This document shows positions 1 to 10,131 of a stretch of DNA of 64,000 nucleotides, piece by piece (within the stretch, counting starts at the first letter, position 1; each line of letters begins with the position of its first letter). The notes below the pieces were generated by a model that worked only from the letters and a program-made list of their open reading frames with translations, ran no database searches and had not been told where the DNA came from. The stretch is from an uncultured bacterium (GTDB lineage Bacteria; Armatimonadota; Abditibacteriia; Abditibacteriales; Abditibacteriaceae): the NCBI GenBank assembly GCA_963843795.1, contig CAWJLW010000006.1, positions 2,740,375 through 2,804,374 on the forward strand, in the 5' to 3' direction. Position numbers and translations under genes: made by a program.

Positions 1-41
1 CTTGCTACCGACCAACACGCACGACGCACCCTTTCTCGACC

Positions 42-968
42 ATGAACGATTTGCTGTGGGGCTACTCCAAAGCGCTTTACGCGACGTGGTTGTTTTACCG
101 CCCTGACAATTTGCTCATCGACTGCGGTGAGGGCGCGGCAACCACTTTGGGCAACGGTGGCTACGGCGTCGAGCGCGTTTTTTTGACGCACGGACACGTC
201 GATCACATTGCGGGTTTGCCAGTGCTTTTGTGGAGCCGCGCCAGTGGCATGGGCGATGTAGATAAAACGCTGACGATTTACTATCCGCGCGGCGACGAGC
301 TAGTCGCGCAGATGAAAAATTATCTGCACTCGGCGCGTGCAAACTGGCCATTCGAATTGCGCTGGCACGAGCTTTCACCCGGCGACACGATTGATTTGAC
401 CGCGCCCAATCAGAGCCACGCGCGCCGCATCGAAGCCTTCGCCACGCATCACATTCGCGGACAACTCACGCTGGGCTACAAAATTTGTGAAGCGCGCCGT
501 CGCCTGCGCGCACCCTGGAACAGTTGGCCCAAAAACCAAGTTCAAGACTTGGCGCGCGAATTGGCGCACCAATCGGGCGCCAAAGGACCGCGCGAACTCA
601 GCGAAGATTACCTCGCGCCACTGATTGCGTGGAGCGGCGATAGCGGACCTCTGAATGTGGAAACTGTGCGCGATTGCGAAATTTTATGCCACGAAGCGAC
701 GATATTAGAAGCCGAAACGCGCAAAGGTCGTACTCATTCCACTTTGGACGAAGCGCTCGAAGTAGCACAGAACGCACAAGTTAAAACGCTGCTGCTTTAT
801 CATTTTTCGGGACGCTATCGCAGCAGTGAAATCCGGCGCGCCGTGCAAAATTTGGCCGATACACGCAAACTGAAGTGCGCAGTCTGGTGTTTGATTCGCG
901 ACCGGTTACAGCCGGTCTGGCCCGCAGAACCTATAGCTCTGCAGGAGGAAACCCATGAAAAACCGTAA
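42..968 (+). CDS. rnz: Ribonuclease Z (tRNase Z), Thermotoga (TM)-type, MBL fold
   Basis: THGHVDH metal motif. The segments GYSKALYATW..LIDCGEGAATTLG, SGDS, HEAT and LYHFSGRY resemble T. maritima tRNase Z as I recall it. Confidence 0.8.
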   Translation: MNDLLWGYSKALYATWLFYRPDNLLIDCGEGAATTLGNGGYGVERVFLTHGHVDHIAGLPVLLWSRASGMGDVDKTLTIYYPRGDELVAQMKNYLHSARANWPFELRWHELSPGDTIDLTAPNQSHARRIEAFATHHIRGQLTLGYKICEARRRLRAPWNSWPKNQVQDLARELAHQSGAKGPRELSEDYLAPLIAWSGDSGPLNVETVRDCEILCHEATILEAETRKGRTHSTLDEALEVAQNAQVKTLLLYHFSGRYRSSEIRRAVQNLADTRKLKCAVWCLIRDRLQPVWPAEPIALQEETHEKP

Positions 969-1467
969 GCTCATCGCCATCGCCTTGCCGCTCGTCGCGC
1001 TGGTTTTCAGCGCAACTGCGCACGCTCAACAATTCAATACGCGACAGGGCAATGCTCAAAACAACCCGCGAGGCAATGCTAACAATCGTGGCTTGTTGCC
1101 TTTGCCGCCGGGCATTGCGAACCTTATTGCCGTCGATGCGCAAAACAGTTTGCTGGCCGAGACCGATGGCGAAAATGGCGAACCGCGCCAGTATTTTGGC
1201 CTTGAAATGCGCCACGTTTACGCGGGTGCCATCGCGCGCTTGTTCGGCGGCGAAGTCATTCCTACCGCGCCCTTCGTTTCTCCCTACTTCGTTGGAAACA
1301 ACGGTTTTGGTGCAAATAACGGTTTCGGAAACACTAATGGCGGTTTCAATGGAAACAACACTTTCAACAACGGCGGCCTTAGCAACGGCACCAATTTCGG
1401 AAACAATGGTTTCGGAAATAACGGCTTAAGCAATAACTTCAATAATTTTAATAACGGGATGCGTTAA
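955..1467 (+). CDS. Secreted hypothetical protein with Asn/Gly/Phe-rich low-complexity C-terminus
   Basis: GGAGG RBS. Signal peptide ending AHA-Q. GFGNN-like repeats. Confidence 0.75.
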   Translation: MKNRKLIAIALPLVALVFSATAHAQQFNTRQGNAQNNPRGNANNRGLLPLPPGIANLIAVDAQNSLLAETDGENGEPRQYFGLEMRHVYAGAIARLFGGEVIPTAPFVSPYFVGNNGFGANNGFGNTNGGFNGNNTFNNGGLSNGTNFGNNGFGNNGLSNNFNNFNNGMR

Positions 1468-1554
1468 GAGCGTGGCCGCACGGCGCTGAATTGGCCCAGC
1501 AAGTGCTTGCGGGGCCAAAGGTGTGTGCGCTGCACTAACTGACTGAAACAATCA

Positions 1555-2307
1555 ATGGCGATCATTACAAAAAACAAAGCGGAAATCATTGCGATGCGCA
1601 AAAGCGGTCGCGTGGCGCAGAAAATTTTGCGCGAACTCGGCGAAGCGACACAAAGCGGCCAAACGCCGCGCGACATGGATAATCTGGCGCGTGAACTGTT
1701 CACCAAATACAAGGCGCGCAGTTGTTTTCTGGGCCATCATGGCTATCCGGCGACAATCACGGTTTCGGTCAATGAGGCCGTTGTGCATGGCATTCCCAAC
1801 AATATCGAATTTGAAAACGGCGATATCGTTTCCCTCGACGTGGGCGCTCTGGTCAACGGCTGGATTGGCGACAACGCGTGGACTTTCGGTGTCGGCGAAC
1901 TTTCCGAAAAAGCCGCACGACTATTGAAAATCACTGAAGAAGCGCTTTTTCTCGGTATCAAGCAGGCCAAGCCGGGAAACCGCGTCGGCGATATCGGCCA
2001 CGCGATTCAAAGTCACGTCGAGAAAAACGGTTATTCGGTCGTGCGGCCTTTGGTCGGTCACGGTGTCGGGCGCAAAATGTGGGAAGAGCCACAGGTGCCC
2101 AACTATGGCGAAGCCGGGCGCGGGCCGAAATTGCGCGCGGGAATGACTATCGCGATAGAACCGATGATAAACGAGGGTGGTTTAGATGTCGTTCAATTGG
2201 ACGATGGCTGGACTTATGTCACTAAAGATCGCAGCCTTTCGGCGCATTTCGAACATACTGTCGCAGTCTTATCAGATGGGCCGGAAATTCTTACCGCCAT
2301 TGATTGA
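1555..2307 (+). CDS. map: Methionine aminopeptidase, type I
   Basis: SVNEAVVHGIP, SLDVG..GD, GHGVG, IEPMIN and SAHFEHT motifs. Confidence 0.97.
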   Translation: MAIITKNKAEIIAMRKSGRVAQKILRELGEATQSGQTPRDMDNLARELFTKYKARSCFLGHHGYPATITVSVNEAVVHGIPNNIEFENGDIVSLDVGALVNGWIGDNAWTFGVGELSEKAARLLKITEEALFLGIKQAKPGNRVGDIGHAIQSHVEKNGYSVVRPLVGHGVGRKMWEEPQVPNYGEAGRGPKLRAGMTIAIEPMINEGGLDVVQLDDGWTYVTKDRSLSAHFEHTVAVLSDGPEILTAID

Positions 2308-2385
2308 ACGCTTGACTGAACGTCGACCAAACACGTTGCAAGTACTTGCACTCCTTATTTAGACGCTTTTAATAATCTTGGAATC

Positions 2386-3909
2386 ATGAACTTTTCACTT
2401 CAACTCGCCGACGCAACCACATTTCAAACGCCCTGTTTAGTGCTTCCTCTGTGGCAAGATCAGCCTTTGAGCGACGCGGCTCAAATCTGGAACGAGCGCT
2501 TGAGCGGCTTAATTCAAAGCGTGATCGACGAAGACGATTTTAAAGCCTCGGTCGGTGCGACACGCGTGCTTTATGTCACAGGCGAGGCTGCAAGTACTTG
2601 CAGTCGTATTTTGCTACTTGGATTAGGCAAATGCGAGGCTTTTTCACCTTGGAAATGGCGTCAGGCGACCGCCAAAGCCGCGCGCGCGGTGCGCAGTATC
2701 AAGCGTTCAGAATTCGCTCTGGCGCTACCGCAGTGCGACAAAGAATGCCAGATTTCGGCTATCGAAACCGGACAGGGCGCAGTTGAAGGCATTTTGCTGG
2801 GCTTGCATCAATACAACGACTTCAAGACCGACGACGAGACTAAAAATCAAACCAAAATCGAAAACGTTACTCTCTTAGCGCCCGAAAATTCCGACAGCGC
2901 AGCGTTGCAAAATGGCATCGAGCGCGGGCAGATTATCGGCGGCGCTAATCTTAGCGCGCGCAAATGGGTCAACATGCCGTCCAACTTCAAAACGCCCGAT
3001 TATCTGGCTTTGGAATCGAAGCGCGTGGCGGAAGAAACGGGTTTGAAGTGCGAAATTTGGGACGAAAATCGAATCCGCGAAGAAAAGATGGGCGCGCTTT
3101 ACGGCGTCGGTATGGGTTCGGACAATCCGCCCCGTTTCATCATTTTGGAGCACGCTCCTGAAGGTAAAGAAAACGATGCGCCGATTATTCTGGTCGGCAA
3201 AGGCATCAGCTTCGACACAGGTGGCTACTCGATCAAACCCGGCTCGGGCATGGAAGACATGAAAGACGACATGGGCGGCGCGGCTGTCGTGATGGGAGCG
3301 ATGGAAGCGGTCGGCAAAATGAAGCCCGATCAGCGCATTATCGGTATCGTGTCGAGCGCGGAAAACATGGTCAGCGGCAACGCGCAGCGTCCCGGCGACA
3401 TCGTCACAGCACGCAACGGTTTGACGATTGAAGTTTTAAATACCGATGCCGAAGGCCGTCTGGTTTTAGCCGATGCGCTTTCTTATGCCAGCGAATTAAA
3501 GCCGCGCGTGATTTTAGATTTCGCGACTTTGACCGGCGCCATCGGCATCGCACTGGGCCAGCACGCAGCGGGCTTATTTTGCAACGATGACGAATTGGCC
3601 GCGCAGCTTTCCGAAGCTGGAGATCGCAGCGGCGACCGCGTGTGGCGTTTACCGATTTGGGAAGAATACAAGGACGCGATGAATGGCAATATCAGCGACC
3701 TGAAAAATATTACCGGTGACCGTTATGCGGGTTCGATTACCGCTGCGACGTTTTTGGAAAGATTCGTCGGCGAAGATATTCCGTGGGCGCATCTGGACAT
3801 CGCGACGATGGCTGCCATTAAAGAAGAACGCCCGCTTTCACAGCGCGGTGCAACCGGCTTCGGCGTGCGTCTGGTAATCGACTGGCTGGAACATTTGCCA
3901 GCGAAATGA
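2386..3909 (+). CDS. pepA: Leucyl aminopeptidase (M17)
   Basis: LVGKGISFDTGG, MKDDMGG, NTDAEGRLVLAD and WAHLDIA motifs. Confidence 0.96.
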   Translation: MNFSLQLADATTFQTPCLVLPLWQDQPLSDAAQIWNERLSGLIQSVIDEDDFKASVGATRVLYVTGEAASTCSRILLLGLGKCEAFSPWKWRQATAKAARAVRSIKRSEFALALPQCDKECQISAIETGQGAVEGILLGLHQYNDFKTDDETKNQTKIENVTLLAPENSDSAALQNGIERGQIIGGANLSARKWVNMPSNFKTPDYLALESKRVAEETGLKCEIWDENRIREEKMGALYGVGMGSDNPPRFIILEHAPEGKENDAPIILVGKGISFDTGGYSIKPGSGMEDMKDDMGGAAVVMGAMEAVGKMKPDQRIIGIVSSAENMVSGNAQRPGDIVTARNGLTIEVLNTDAEGRLVLADALSYASELKPRVILDFATLTGAIGIALGQHAAGLFCNDDELAAQLSEAGDRSGDRVWRLPIWEEYKDAMNGNISDLKNITGDRYAGSITAATFLERFVGEDIPWAHLDIATMAAIKEERPLSQRGATGFGVRLVIDWLEHLPAK

Positions 3910-4035
3910 ATTCACCGCTAAGCCCGCGAACAACGCAAAAGTTTAAAAGTCATCCTCGGCAAATACCTGCATAAGAGTTCTGCACTTTTTTCTCATTTCA
4001 CATCATTGCGTTCTTCGCGGGCATTGCGACGAATT
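3909..4035. repeat. Intergenic inverted-repeat element (second repeat family)
   Basis: Arms GCCCGCGAACAACGCAA (3922-3938) and TTGCGTTCTTCGCGGGC (4006-4022) pair at 16/17. Related to the hairpin at 41055-41110. Confidence 0.6.
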
Positions 4036-4049
4036 TAAAAGGAGCGAAG

Positions 4050-4955
4050 ATGCTGCGTGATCCTTGGTCGGAAGATGTGTCGATTTTGTCGTCAGAAAAC
4101 GTGCGTTTTGGCGTCGAGACGGCGGGTCTTGGGTCGCGCTTTGCCGCTGCATTCATCGATATTTTCTTGCAGGGCATCGTGATGGCGCTGATTTCAATTC
4201 TCAGCGCATATATCGCTTCGGTATGGAATTATGGCGCGTGGGGCCAACTGGCTTCGCAGCTTGGGCAAGCGTTCTTCGTACTGGTGATGTTCGTCATCGT
4301 CTGGGGCTACTACTTTATTTTCGAGTGGCTGTGGGACGGTCAAACGCCGGGCAAACGCATGTTGGGTTTGCGAGTTTTGCACATCGATGGAATGCCCTTA
4401 ACGCCGTGGGGCGCGCTGGTGCGCAATGTGGTGCGCGTTTTTGATTTCCTGCCCCTGTTTTACGGAGTGGGGGCGCTGATGGCAATCACGAATGATAATA
4501 ATCGGCGCGCTGGCGATTTGGTCGCGGGCACCATCGTCGCTCGCGAACGCCACGACGCCGAACGTCCTATAATGTCAATTGCACAGGCCGCAGAAGCCTT
4601 TTTGCAAGCCCAATCTTCCCGCCAAAAACTTCCTTATTCAAACGCGCCGCAAGTACTTGCCGGAACCGAGTCTTCCCAAAATACGCCGCAAGTATTTGCG
4701 GGGAGAAATTCCGATATCGAAGATTTTTCTCGACGGGGCGAAGAATTAGAAAACCTCATTGTAGCAGCCAAATTGGCGCCGGGCGACTGGGAAATGTTAG
4801 ACGATTTCCTCCATCGGCGCGCCAAGCTGCAAGATAATGTACGGGCGCGACTGGCGCGCACATTGGCCACACAACTCAGCGCTAAAATTGGTCAGACTTT
4901 GGCCACGGGCGAAGACGCCGAAAGTTGGCTGCAAACGCTGGCAGCGCGACGCTGA
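4050..4955 (+). CDS. RDD family membrane protein
   Basis: AGLGSRFAAAFID, GQTPGKRMLGLRV and RRAGDLVAGT motifs. AGGAG RBS. Confidence 0.9.
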   Translation: MLRDPWSEDVSILSSENVRFGVETAGLGSRFAAAFIDIFLQGIVMALISILSAYIASVWNYGAWGQLASQLGQAFFVLVMFVIVWGYYFIFEWLWDGQTPGKRMLGLRVLHIDGMPLTPWGALVRNVVRVFDFLPLFYGVGALMAITNDNNRRAGDLVAGTIVARERHDAERPIMSIAQAAEAFLQAQSSRQKLPYSNAPQVLAGTESSQNTPQVFAGRNSDIEDFSRRGEELENLIVAAKLAPGDWEMLDDFLHRRAKLQDNVRARLARTLATQLSAKIGQTLATGEDAESWLQTLAARR

Positions 4956-4995
4956 TGCCAAGTGCGGAATATGTGTTTCAGGTGGCCTCAATTTC

Positions 4996-6846
4996 ATGTC
5001 GATTCCTTTTCCACGACACTTTCCGCAGGCCAATCCGATTGTAGTGCGCGAAGGACGCGCGCGCTGGCGTGGCAGCCGCGCCTTCTGGATCGCACTGGCC
5101 TATGCGCTCATTCTGTCGTCGATCATGTGGTATAGCTACAACGACTTGAGTTCGAGCAGTCGCTACGGCACTGACAGTCTGGATGAAATCAGTGTCGCGG
5201 CACAGCGCGGCCACGAACTGTTCCTGCTGCTTTCTGTTTTACAAACCGGCATCTGGCTTTTGATTGCGCCCGCCTTAACCGCAACTTCCATCGCTGTCGA
5301 GCGCGAAAGCGGATTGCTGTCGGCGATGCTGCTCTCGAAGCTGACGCCCGGCCAAATCGTGCGCGGCAAACTGTTTTCGGCCTTGAGCTTTGTGCTATTG
5401 CTGATTATGGTCGCTTTGCCCATCACGGCGATTTGTTTTTTGATGGGCGGCGTTTCGCAAGGCGAATTTATCGGAGCGTTGGCAATTCAACTCGCAACTG
5501 CATTATGCGGCGCTTCGATTGGGCTGGCGGCTTCAGCTTTTCAAAAGCGCGCCGCGCCCGCAATGGGCATGACGTTTGGTTTCATCGTGTTCTGGATCGT
5601 TTCCAGCGGCCTCGCTTTCGTATTGATCAGCAGTGGCGGAACCGGATTATTTGCCAGAAATTTCGCGTGGCTGGATGCGTTTTTTGGTTTGTACAGTTGG
5701 ACAAATCCGCTGCTCGCGATACTGAATCTGGTCGCGCCCGAAGCGGACATCGCCAGTTATCCAGGACAATTGACGATGCCCGATTGGTGGCGCGGCTGGC
5801 ATTTTTCCATTGTAGCGTTATTGCTTTTCAGCGCGTTGCGCTTGTGGCAAACCGCGCGCATCTTGCGGCTTGCGCCCGATTTGGAAGAAGTCGAAAAAAC
5901 ACCTAAAATCAACCGCTTTTTCAAAAATCGCTCCACCCAAACCGTCACAATTCCCGAACCCAAGCGCGACGAGCGCTGGCGCATTCCGATTGCGTCGAAA
6001 GTGTTGTTTGGCGATGCAGCGATGCGCCGAGAATTGGCGGCGCGCTGGAAAATTCGTCGCGCCTCGTCGCGCGTTTTGTGGGCGTTCGCACTGCCCATTG
6101 CTTACGGCTTCTACTGGTACTTGCGTGCGCTGCTGTGGCTGTGGCGCAATCCCACCGACCGTCCCGGCGTATTTATCGCCACGTCGATGGGATTTCTGCT
6201 GGGCTGGATTTTAAGCAGCGTTTTAATGAGCGCGGGCACAATTTCGCGAGAACGTGAAACCGGAACATGGAATGGCTTACGTCTGACTTTGCTCAGCGAA
6301 CGCTCAATTCTAACCGCCAAAGTCGTCGCACCGGTTGTCGCGTGTGCAATTTATTCGTTGCCACTGTTGCCGCTGATTTTATTTTGCTGGCCCGATCATT
6401 TGGGCGTCATTCACCGGCACTATTCGGATGCAGGATTGGTGCAATGGCTGCTGGCTTTGGTTTTGTTGCTGGCTGTGACGTTAGAATGTTCGTGTTTGGG
6501 CGTGTGGTGGTCGCAGCGCGCCCGTTCGACAGCGAGCGCGACCGGCGCGACATTGGGAACATTATGTGTTTTATGGATTGTGATTCCGATTTTGGTGGGC
6601 CAACTGTTGCGTTACGAAAGCCAAAACACCTTTGAAAATTTCATGATTTATTGGCATCCATTCGTCGGATTAATCGAACTTCTCAATCAGCCCAGCCATT
6701 ATTCTTACGATTATGGGGCGCAGAATTTGATTTCGCTCAAGCAAAGTTTCATGTTGATGATGCTGTTTCATTTGAGCGTCGCCACCACTTTTTTTGCTCT
6801 GGCACTGCGTCGCTTTCGCCGCGCCAATCGACTGGAACGCAATTAA
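4996..6846 (+). CDS. ABC-2-type permease-like membrane protein with internal duplication
   Basis: Two copies of the NP..RE / I..ERE.G....L.L..L....I..GK module. Start taken at ATG 4996. Confidence 0.75.
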   Translation: MSIPFPRHFPQANPIVVREGRARWRGSRAFWIALAYALILSSIMWYSYNDLSSSSRYGTDSLDEISVAAQRGHELFLLLSVLQTGIWLLIAPALTATSIAVERESGLLSAMLLSKLTPGQIVRGKLFSALSFVLLLIMVALPITAICFLMGGVSQGEFIGALAIQLATALCGASIGLAASAFQKRAAPAMGMTFGFIVFWIVSSGLAFVLISSGGTGLFARNFAWLDAFFGLYSWTNPLLAILNLVAPEADIASYPGQLTMPDWWRGWHFSIVALLLFSALRLWQTARILRLAPDLEEVEKTPKINRFFKNRSTQTVTIPEPKRDERWRIPIASKVLFGDAAMRRELAARWKIRRASSRVLWAFALPIAYGFYWYLRALLWLWRNPTDRPGVFIATSMGFLLGWILSSVLMSAGTISRERETGTWNGLRLTLLSERSILTAKVVAPVVACAIYSLPLLPLILFCWPDHLGVIHRHYSDAGLVQWLLALVLLLAVTLECSCLGVWWSQRARSTASATGATLGTLCVLWIVIPILVGQLLRYESQNTFENFMIYWHPFVGLIELLNQPSHYSYDYGAQNLISLKQSFMLMMLFHLSVATTFFALALRRFRRANRLERN

Positions 6847-6901
6847 ACGCTACTAAAATGCGCTGCAAGTACTTGCAGCGCCCCTTTTGTCCACAGCTTT
6901 C

Positions 6902-8680
6902 ATGATCAAGCGTTTGCATCGTTATTGGCCGATAGATTTTAACCCGATCTGGCGGCGCGAATGGCGACAATGGACGCGCAGTCGCGCTTTCTGGCTGGTG
7001 CCATTTTTCCTCAGCAGCGCTTTTGCTTTCATCGCTTATCAGCGCGCCGCGCAATTGGAAATGTTAGTGGCGCAAGACGAATGGTCCGGCGCGCAAGGGC
7101 CAGCTATTCTGACGATGTGGGGCTTGATTTTCGTTGCGCTGGCGTTCTTGCTTGGGCCCGCACTGTCTGCACCCGCCATTGCTTCCGAGCGCGAAGCCGG
7201 AATACTGGAAAGTTTGCAGTTGGCTCCGCTGCGCCCGCTACAAATTGCGACCGGAAAGTGGGCCGCCGCAGTGTCACGCGCGCTGTGGATGTGGCTGACC
7301 GCGCTTCCCATTCAAGGCAGCGCGCTATGGTTTGGCGGCATCACGATTTTCGATATTTTGAGTGTTTGCGCGGTGCAAATCGTCGCTATCATGTTCGCGT
7401 GCGCGTTTGGCATCTGGTGTTCGGCTTGGAGCCGACGCGCGCCTAACGCGATGCGCACGGCCTACGGATTGGGCCTGCTGTGGCAAATCGTCACCATCAA
7501 CGCCCTGAGCATCGGCACGACCGGACGCATGTTTCCTGTTGCCATCTGGGTGCAGCCTGCCGCGTGGACGCAAAAATTTTATCTCGCTTTGGGCGCTTCA
7601 AATCCGCTCATTGCGTGCGCGCTGTCGTGGTGGCCACCGCTGCGTCATTGGGTTTGGAGTGGCGATGGCGATTGGCTACTTGGGCTGCCGCTTTTACCAC
7701 TGAGCGTGCTGTGGCAACTTAGCGCCACACTCGCGCTGCTTTTGACGAGCGCACCCGCGTTGCGACGTCCGTTCGTCGATGCGCCTTTCATCGAACCGAG
7801 AAAGGTTGAAACCAAACCTTCGCCAGAACCCACGGCAAGTACTTGCAACACAGCGCAAAGCCCTCAAACCGATGGCTGGTGGGAAATTCCCATCGGGCGC
7901 TGGATGCGCTTTGCCAATCCGTTGTGGCAGCGCGAATTCAGCGCGAAATTCCGCATGCGCCAGGTGCCGCTAGGCGTTATCGTCAGCGAAGCAGTTTTGG
8001 GCTTGGGCGTCGTCGTTTTTTATGCGCGCGCATTCTGGCTGGCGATTATCGATCCGACTTCGCGCGCGCTCACGTGGTGGGCCTTGGTTATGATCGCCCT
8101 TTTAGTTGTGATGACCGCGATGCTGGTCATGGGCGCCAGTTCTCTATCGCGCGAATACGAAACCGGCACCTGGACTTTTCTGCGCCTCAGCGAACTTTCT
8201 GCGCGCGAAATCATTGTAGGCAAACTGGGCGCGATGCTCGTTGCTTGCGTGGCTTTTTCACTTCCATTCTGGCCGATTTTGGCGCTCTGCGTGCGCGGTT
8301 GGCAACGTTCGCCGCGCGGCGTCGGTTGGAACGAAGCGCTCGCGGTTGGTGGTGTCATTGTCGCGACGGCCTTCTGCTACGGCGCATTCGGGATGCTACT
8401 TTCACACCGTTTGCGCAAAACTTCCAGCGCGACGCTGTGCGCGTTGGCGGCGCTTTTCACGTGCGATGTGCTGATTCCACTGCTAGCCACAGGCCCCATC
8501 AATGCGCCCGCACTGCTGAATCTCAACCGCTTTTTCAATCCCGTTCTGGTCCTATTGGAAATGATGACCGCGCCCGGCCTACAAACGTGGACGCGCGCAC
8601 TGCCTGTTTCATTCACCCTCCTTGGAATTGGCATGTTTAGCGCAGGCGTCCTTTATTGGCAACTCAGATACACAAAATAG
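6902..8680 (+). CDS. ABC-2-type permease-like membrane protein with internal duplication (paralog of upstream gene)
   Basis: NPIWRRE...IASEREAGILESL...GK and NPLWQRE...SREYETGTW...GK modules. Confidence 0.75.
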   Translation: MIKRLHRYWPIDFNPIWRREWRQWTRSRAFWLVPFFLSSAFAFIAYQRAAQLEMLVAQDEWSGAQGPAILTMWGLIFVALAFLLGPALSAPAIASEREAGILESLQLAPLRPLQIATGKWAAAVSRALWMWLTALPIQGSALWFGGITIFDILSVCAVQIVAIMFACAFGIWCSAWSRRAPNAMRTAYGLGLLWQIVTINALSIGTTGRMFPVAIWVQPAAWTQKFYLALGASNPLIACALSWWPPLRHWVWSGDGDWLLGLPLLPLSVLWQLSATLALLLTSAPALRRPFVDAPFIEPRKVETKPSPEPTASTCNTAQSPQTDGWWEIPIGRWMRFANPLWQREFSAKFRMRQVPLGVIVSEAVLGLGVVVFYARAFWLAIIDPTSRALTWWALVMIALLVVMTAMLVMGASSLSREYETGTWTFLRLSELSAREIIVGKLGAMLVACVAFSLPFWPILALCVRGWQRSPRGVGWNEALAVGGVIVATAFCYGAFGMLLSHRLRKTSSATLCALAALFTCDVLIPLLATGPINAPALLNLNRFFNPVLVLLEMMTAPGLQTWTRALPVSFTLLGIGMFSAGVLYWQLRYTK

Positions 8681-8793
8681 CGAAAAGACAGTAACTCTAA
8701 CACTTCACGGCAGTTTTTCATAATGGCAACAATGCTGCAACAAGAGAAATAGAATTGAAGGATGAACGGGCAAATTATACGGGGAGGTACACC

Positions 8794-10080
8794 ATGACCT
8801 CAGCGATTGCCTTGGAAGTGATGACCGATATTAACCAGTCCAGACAACCGGAACTTGTTCCTGAATCTGTTGAGGAAACCTTTTCTTCTGAAGCAAGTTT
8901 AGGAGCGAATCTAGCTTTTGCGACCAGCGAAAACACGACAGATGAAAATCTGGAGCGCGAGGTGGAATACGAGCAAAATTTGCTCAAAACATTTCGGCAG
9001 CGTTTGCGTTTACTATCAAGTTTGACGGCTGCGATTTTACCGTTATACGCTTTGTTACATGCCGTGTTGTCGCCTTCAACACGACAGGAAGTCGCCTCGG
9101 GCCACCTCGCATTATTATCGTTGTGTTTGGTGGTGCGCAGCATAGCACCGCGTCTGCCTACGCTATATTTGGCGCGTCTGGCCGCTTTGGTTAACTACGC
9201 TTTGTTTTCGCTGGGCACTGCTTTAATTGCGGCCCAACTTGTTTATGACCCCACGCAGACTCAACTGCTTTTCACCACTCAGTTCGTGGCTTATAGTTCG
9301 TTCAGCCAGATAGTGCTTTCGACTTTGATTTTACCGCTAACCGTATGGGAAAGCGCGCTGGTTACCGCACTGGTTTTCGTTGCAATGTCTTGGTCATCAT
9401 TTATCTTCGATTGGCCAGCCATTTTCAGCGGTGTTCAATTGCTATCGGTTTCCTATTTTTTCGTATTGACTACGACTTCGCTGCTGGTATTTTATCTAAC
9501 GCATCTTAACGGGGTGCAGCGTCGCCGGTTCTTTGAAGCTACACGCGAACTTGAACAAAGCGCTGCGCGTTTGGAAACCCTGACTACCCTCGATACGGTG
9601 ACTGGCGGTTGGAATCGTCGTCACCTCGAGCGGGTTTTGCACAACGAAATGGCGCGCGCCGCGCGTTTCGCGCACGCTTTTACACTGCTCGCTTTCGATT
9701 TGGATAATTTTAAAGCCGTCAACGATACGCACGGACACGGCGTGGGCGACGAAGTGCTGCGCGTCATCGACCGTTCGGCGCGTCAGGCAATGCGCGAAAC
9801 CGACACGGTAGCACGCTTTGGCGGCGACGAGTTCGCGATTGTGCTGCCCGAAACCAGTCAGGACAGCGCGCTGACCTTAGCCCAGCGTTTGCAACAGCGC
9901 GTCCAACAAGAACTGGAACCGCTGAGCGCTACTTATCCGCAGATCGCCAACGTCACGATCTCCATCGGGCTTTTCACTTGTCGCGAGCGCTCCATTTACA
10001 CGCCCGCCGAACTGCTTCAACGGACCGACGCCAAGCTGTATCAAGCCAAAAGCGAAGGTAAAAATCGTATTGCAATTTAA
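8794..10080 (+). CDS. Membrane-bound diguanylate cyclase (GGDEF)
   Basis: Multiple TM segments, DLDNFKAVNDTHGH and ARFGGDEF. GGGGAGG RBS before ATG 8794. Confidence 0.92.
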   Translation: MTSAIALEVMTDINQSRQPELVPESVEETFSSEASLGANLAFATSENTTDENLEREVEYEQNLLKTFRQRLRLLSSLTAAILPLYALLHAVLSPSTRQEVASGHLALLSLCLVVRSIAPRLPTLYLARLAALVNYALFSLGTALIAAQLVYDPTQTQLLFTTQFVAYSSFSQIVLSTLILPLTVWESALVTALVFVAMSWSSFIFDWPAIFSGVQLLSVSYFFVLTTTSLLVFYLTHLNGVQRRRFFEATRELEQSAARLETLTTLDTVTGGWNRRHLERVLHNEMARAARFAHAFTLLAFDLDNFKAVNDTHGHGVGDEVLRVIDRSARQAMRETDTVARFGGDEFAIVLPETSQDSALTLAQRLQQRVQQELEPLSATYPQIANVTISIGLFTCRERSIYTPAELLQRTDAKLYQAKSEGKNRIAI

Positions 10081-10089
10081 AAGAAGTTT

Positions 10090-10131
10090 AAACAATAAGA
10101 GTGCGCAGCGTGCTGCGCACTCTTATTGTTT
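10090..10131. terminator. Bidirectional hairpin between convergent genes
   Basis: AAACAATAAGAGTGCGCAGC-gt-GCTGCGCACTCTTATTGTTT, with 20-bp arms. Confidence 0.7.

Noticed and set aside
4837..4995. ORF-track N-terminal extensions (also 18323-18700, 24343-24594, 35857-36345, 38648-38752, 50857-50967, 52179-52283)
   Set aside because: They overlap neighbouring genes or run through hairpins. Downstream ATGs fit family N-termini, and in some cases RBSs, better.
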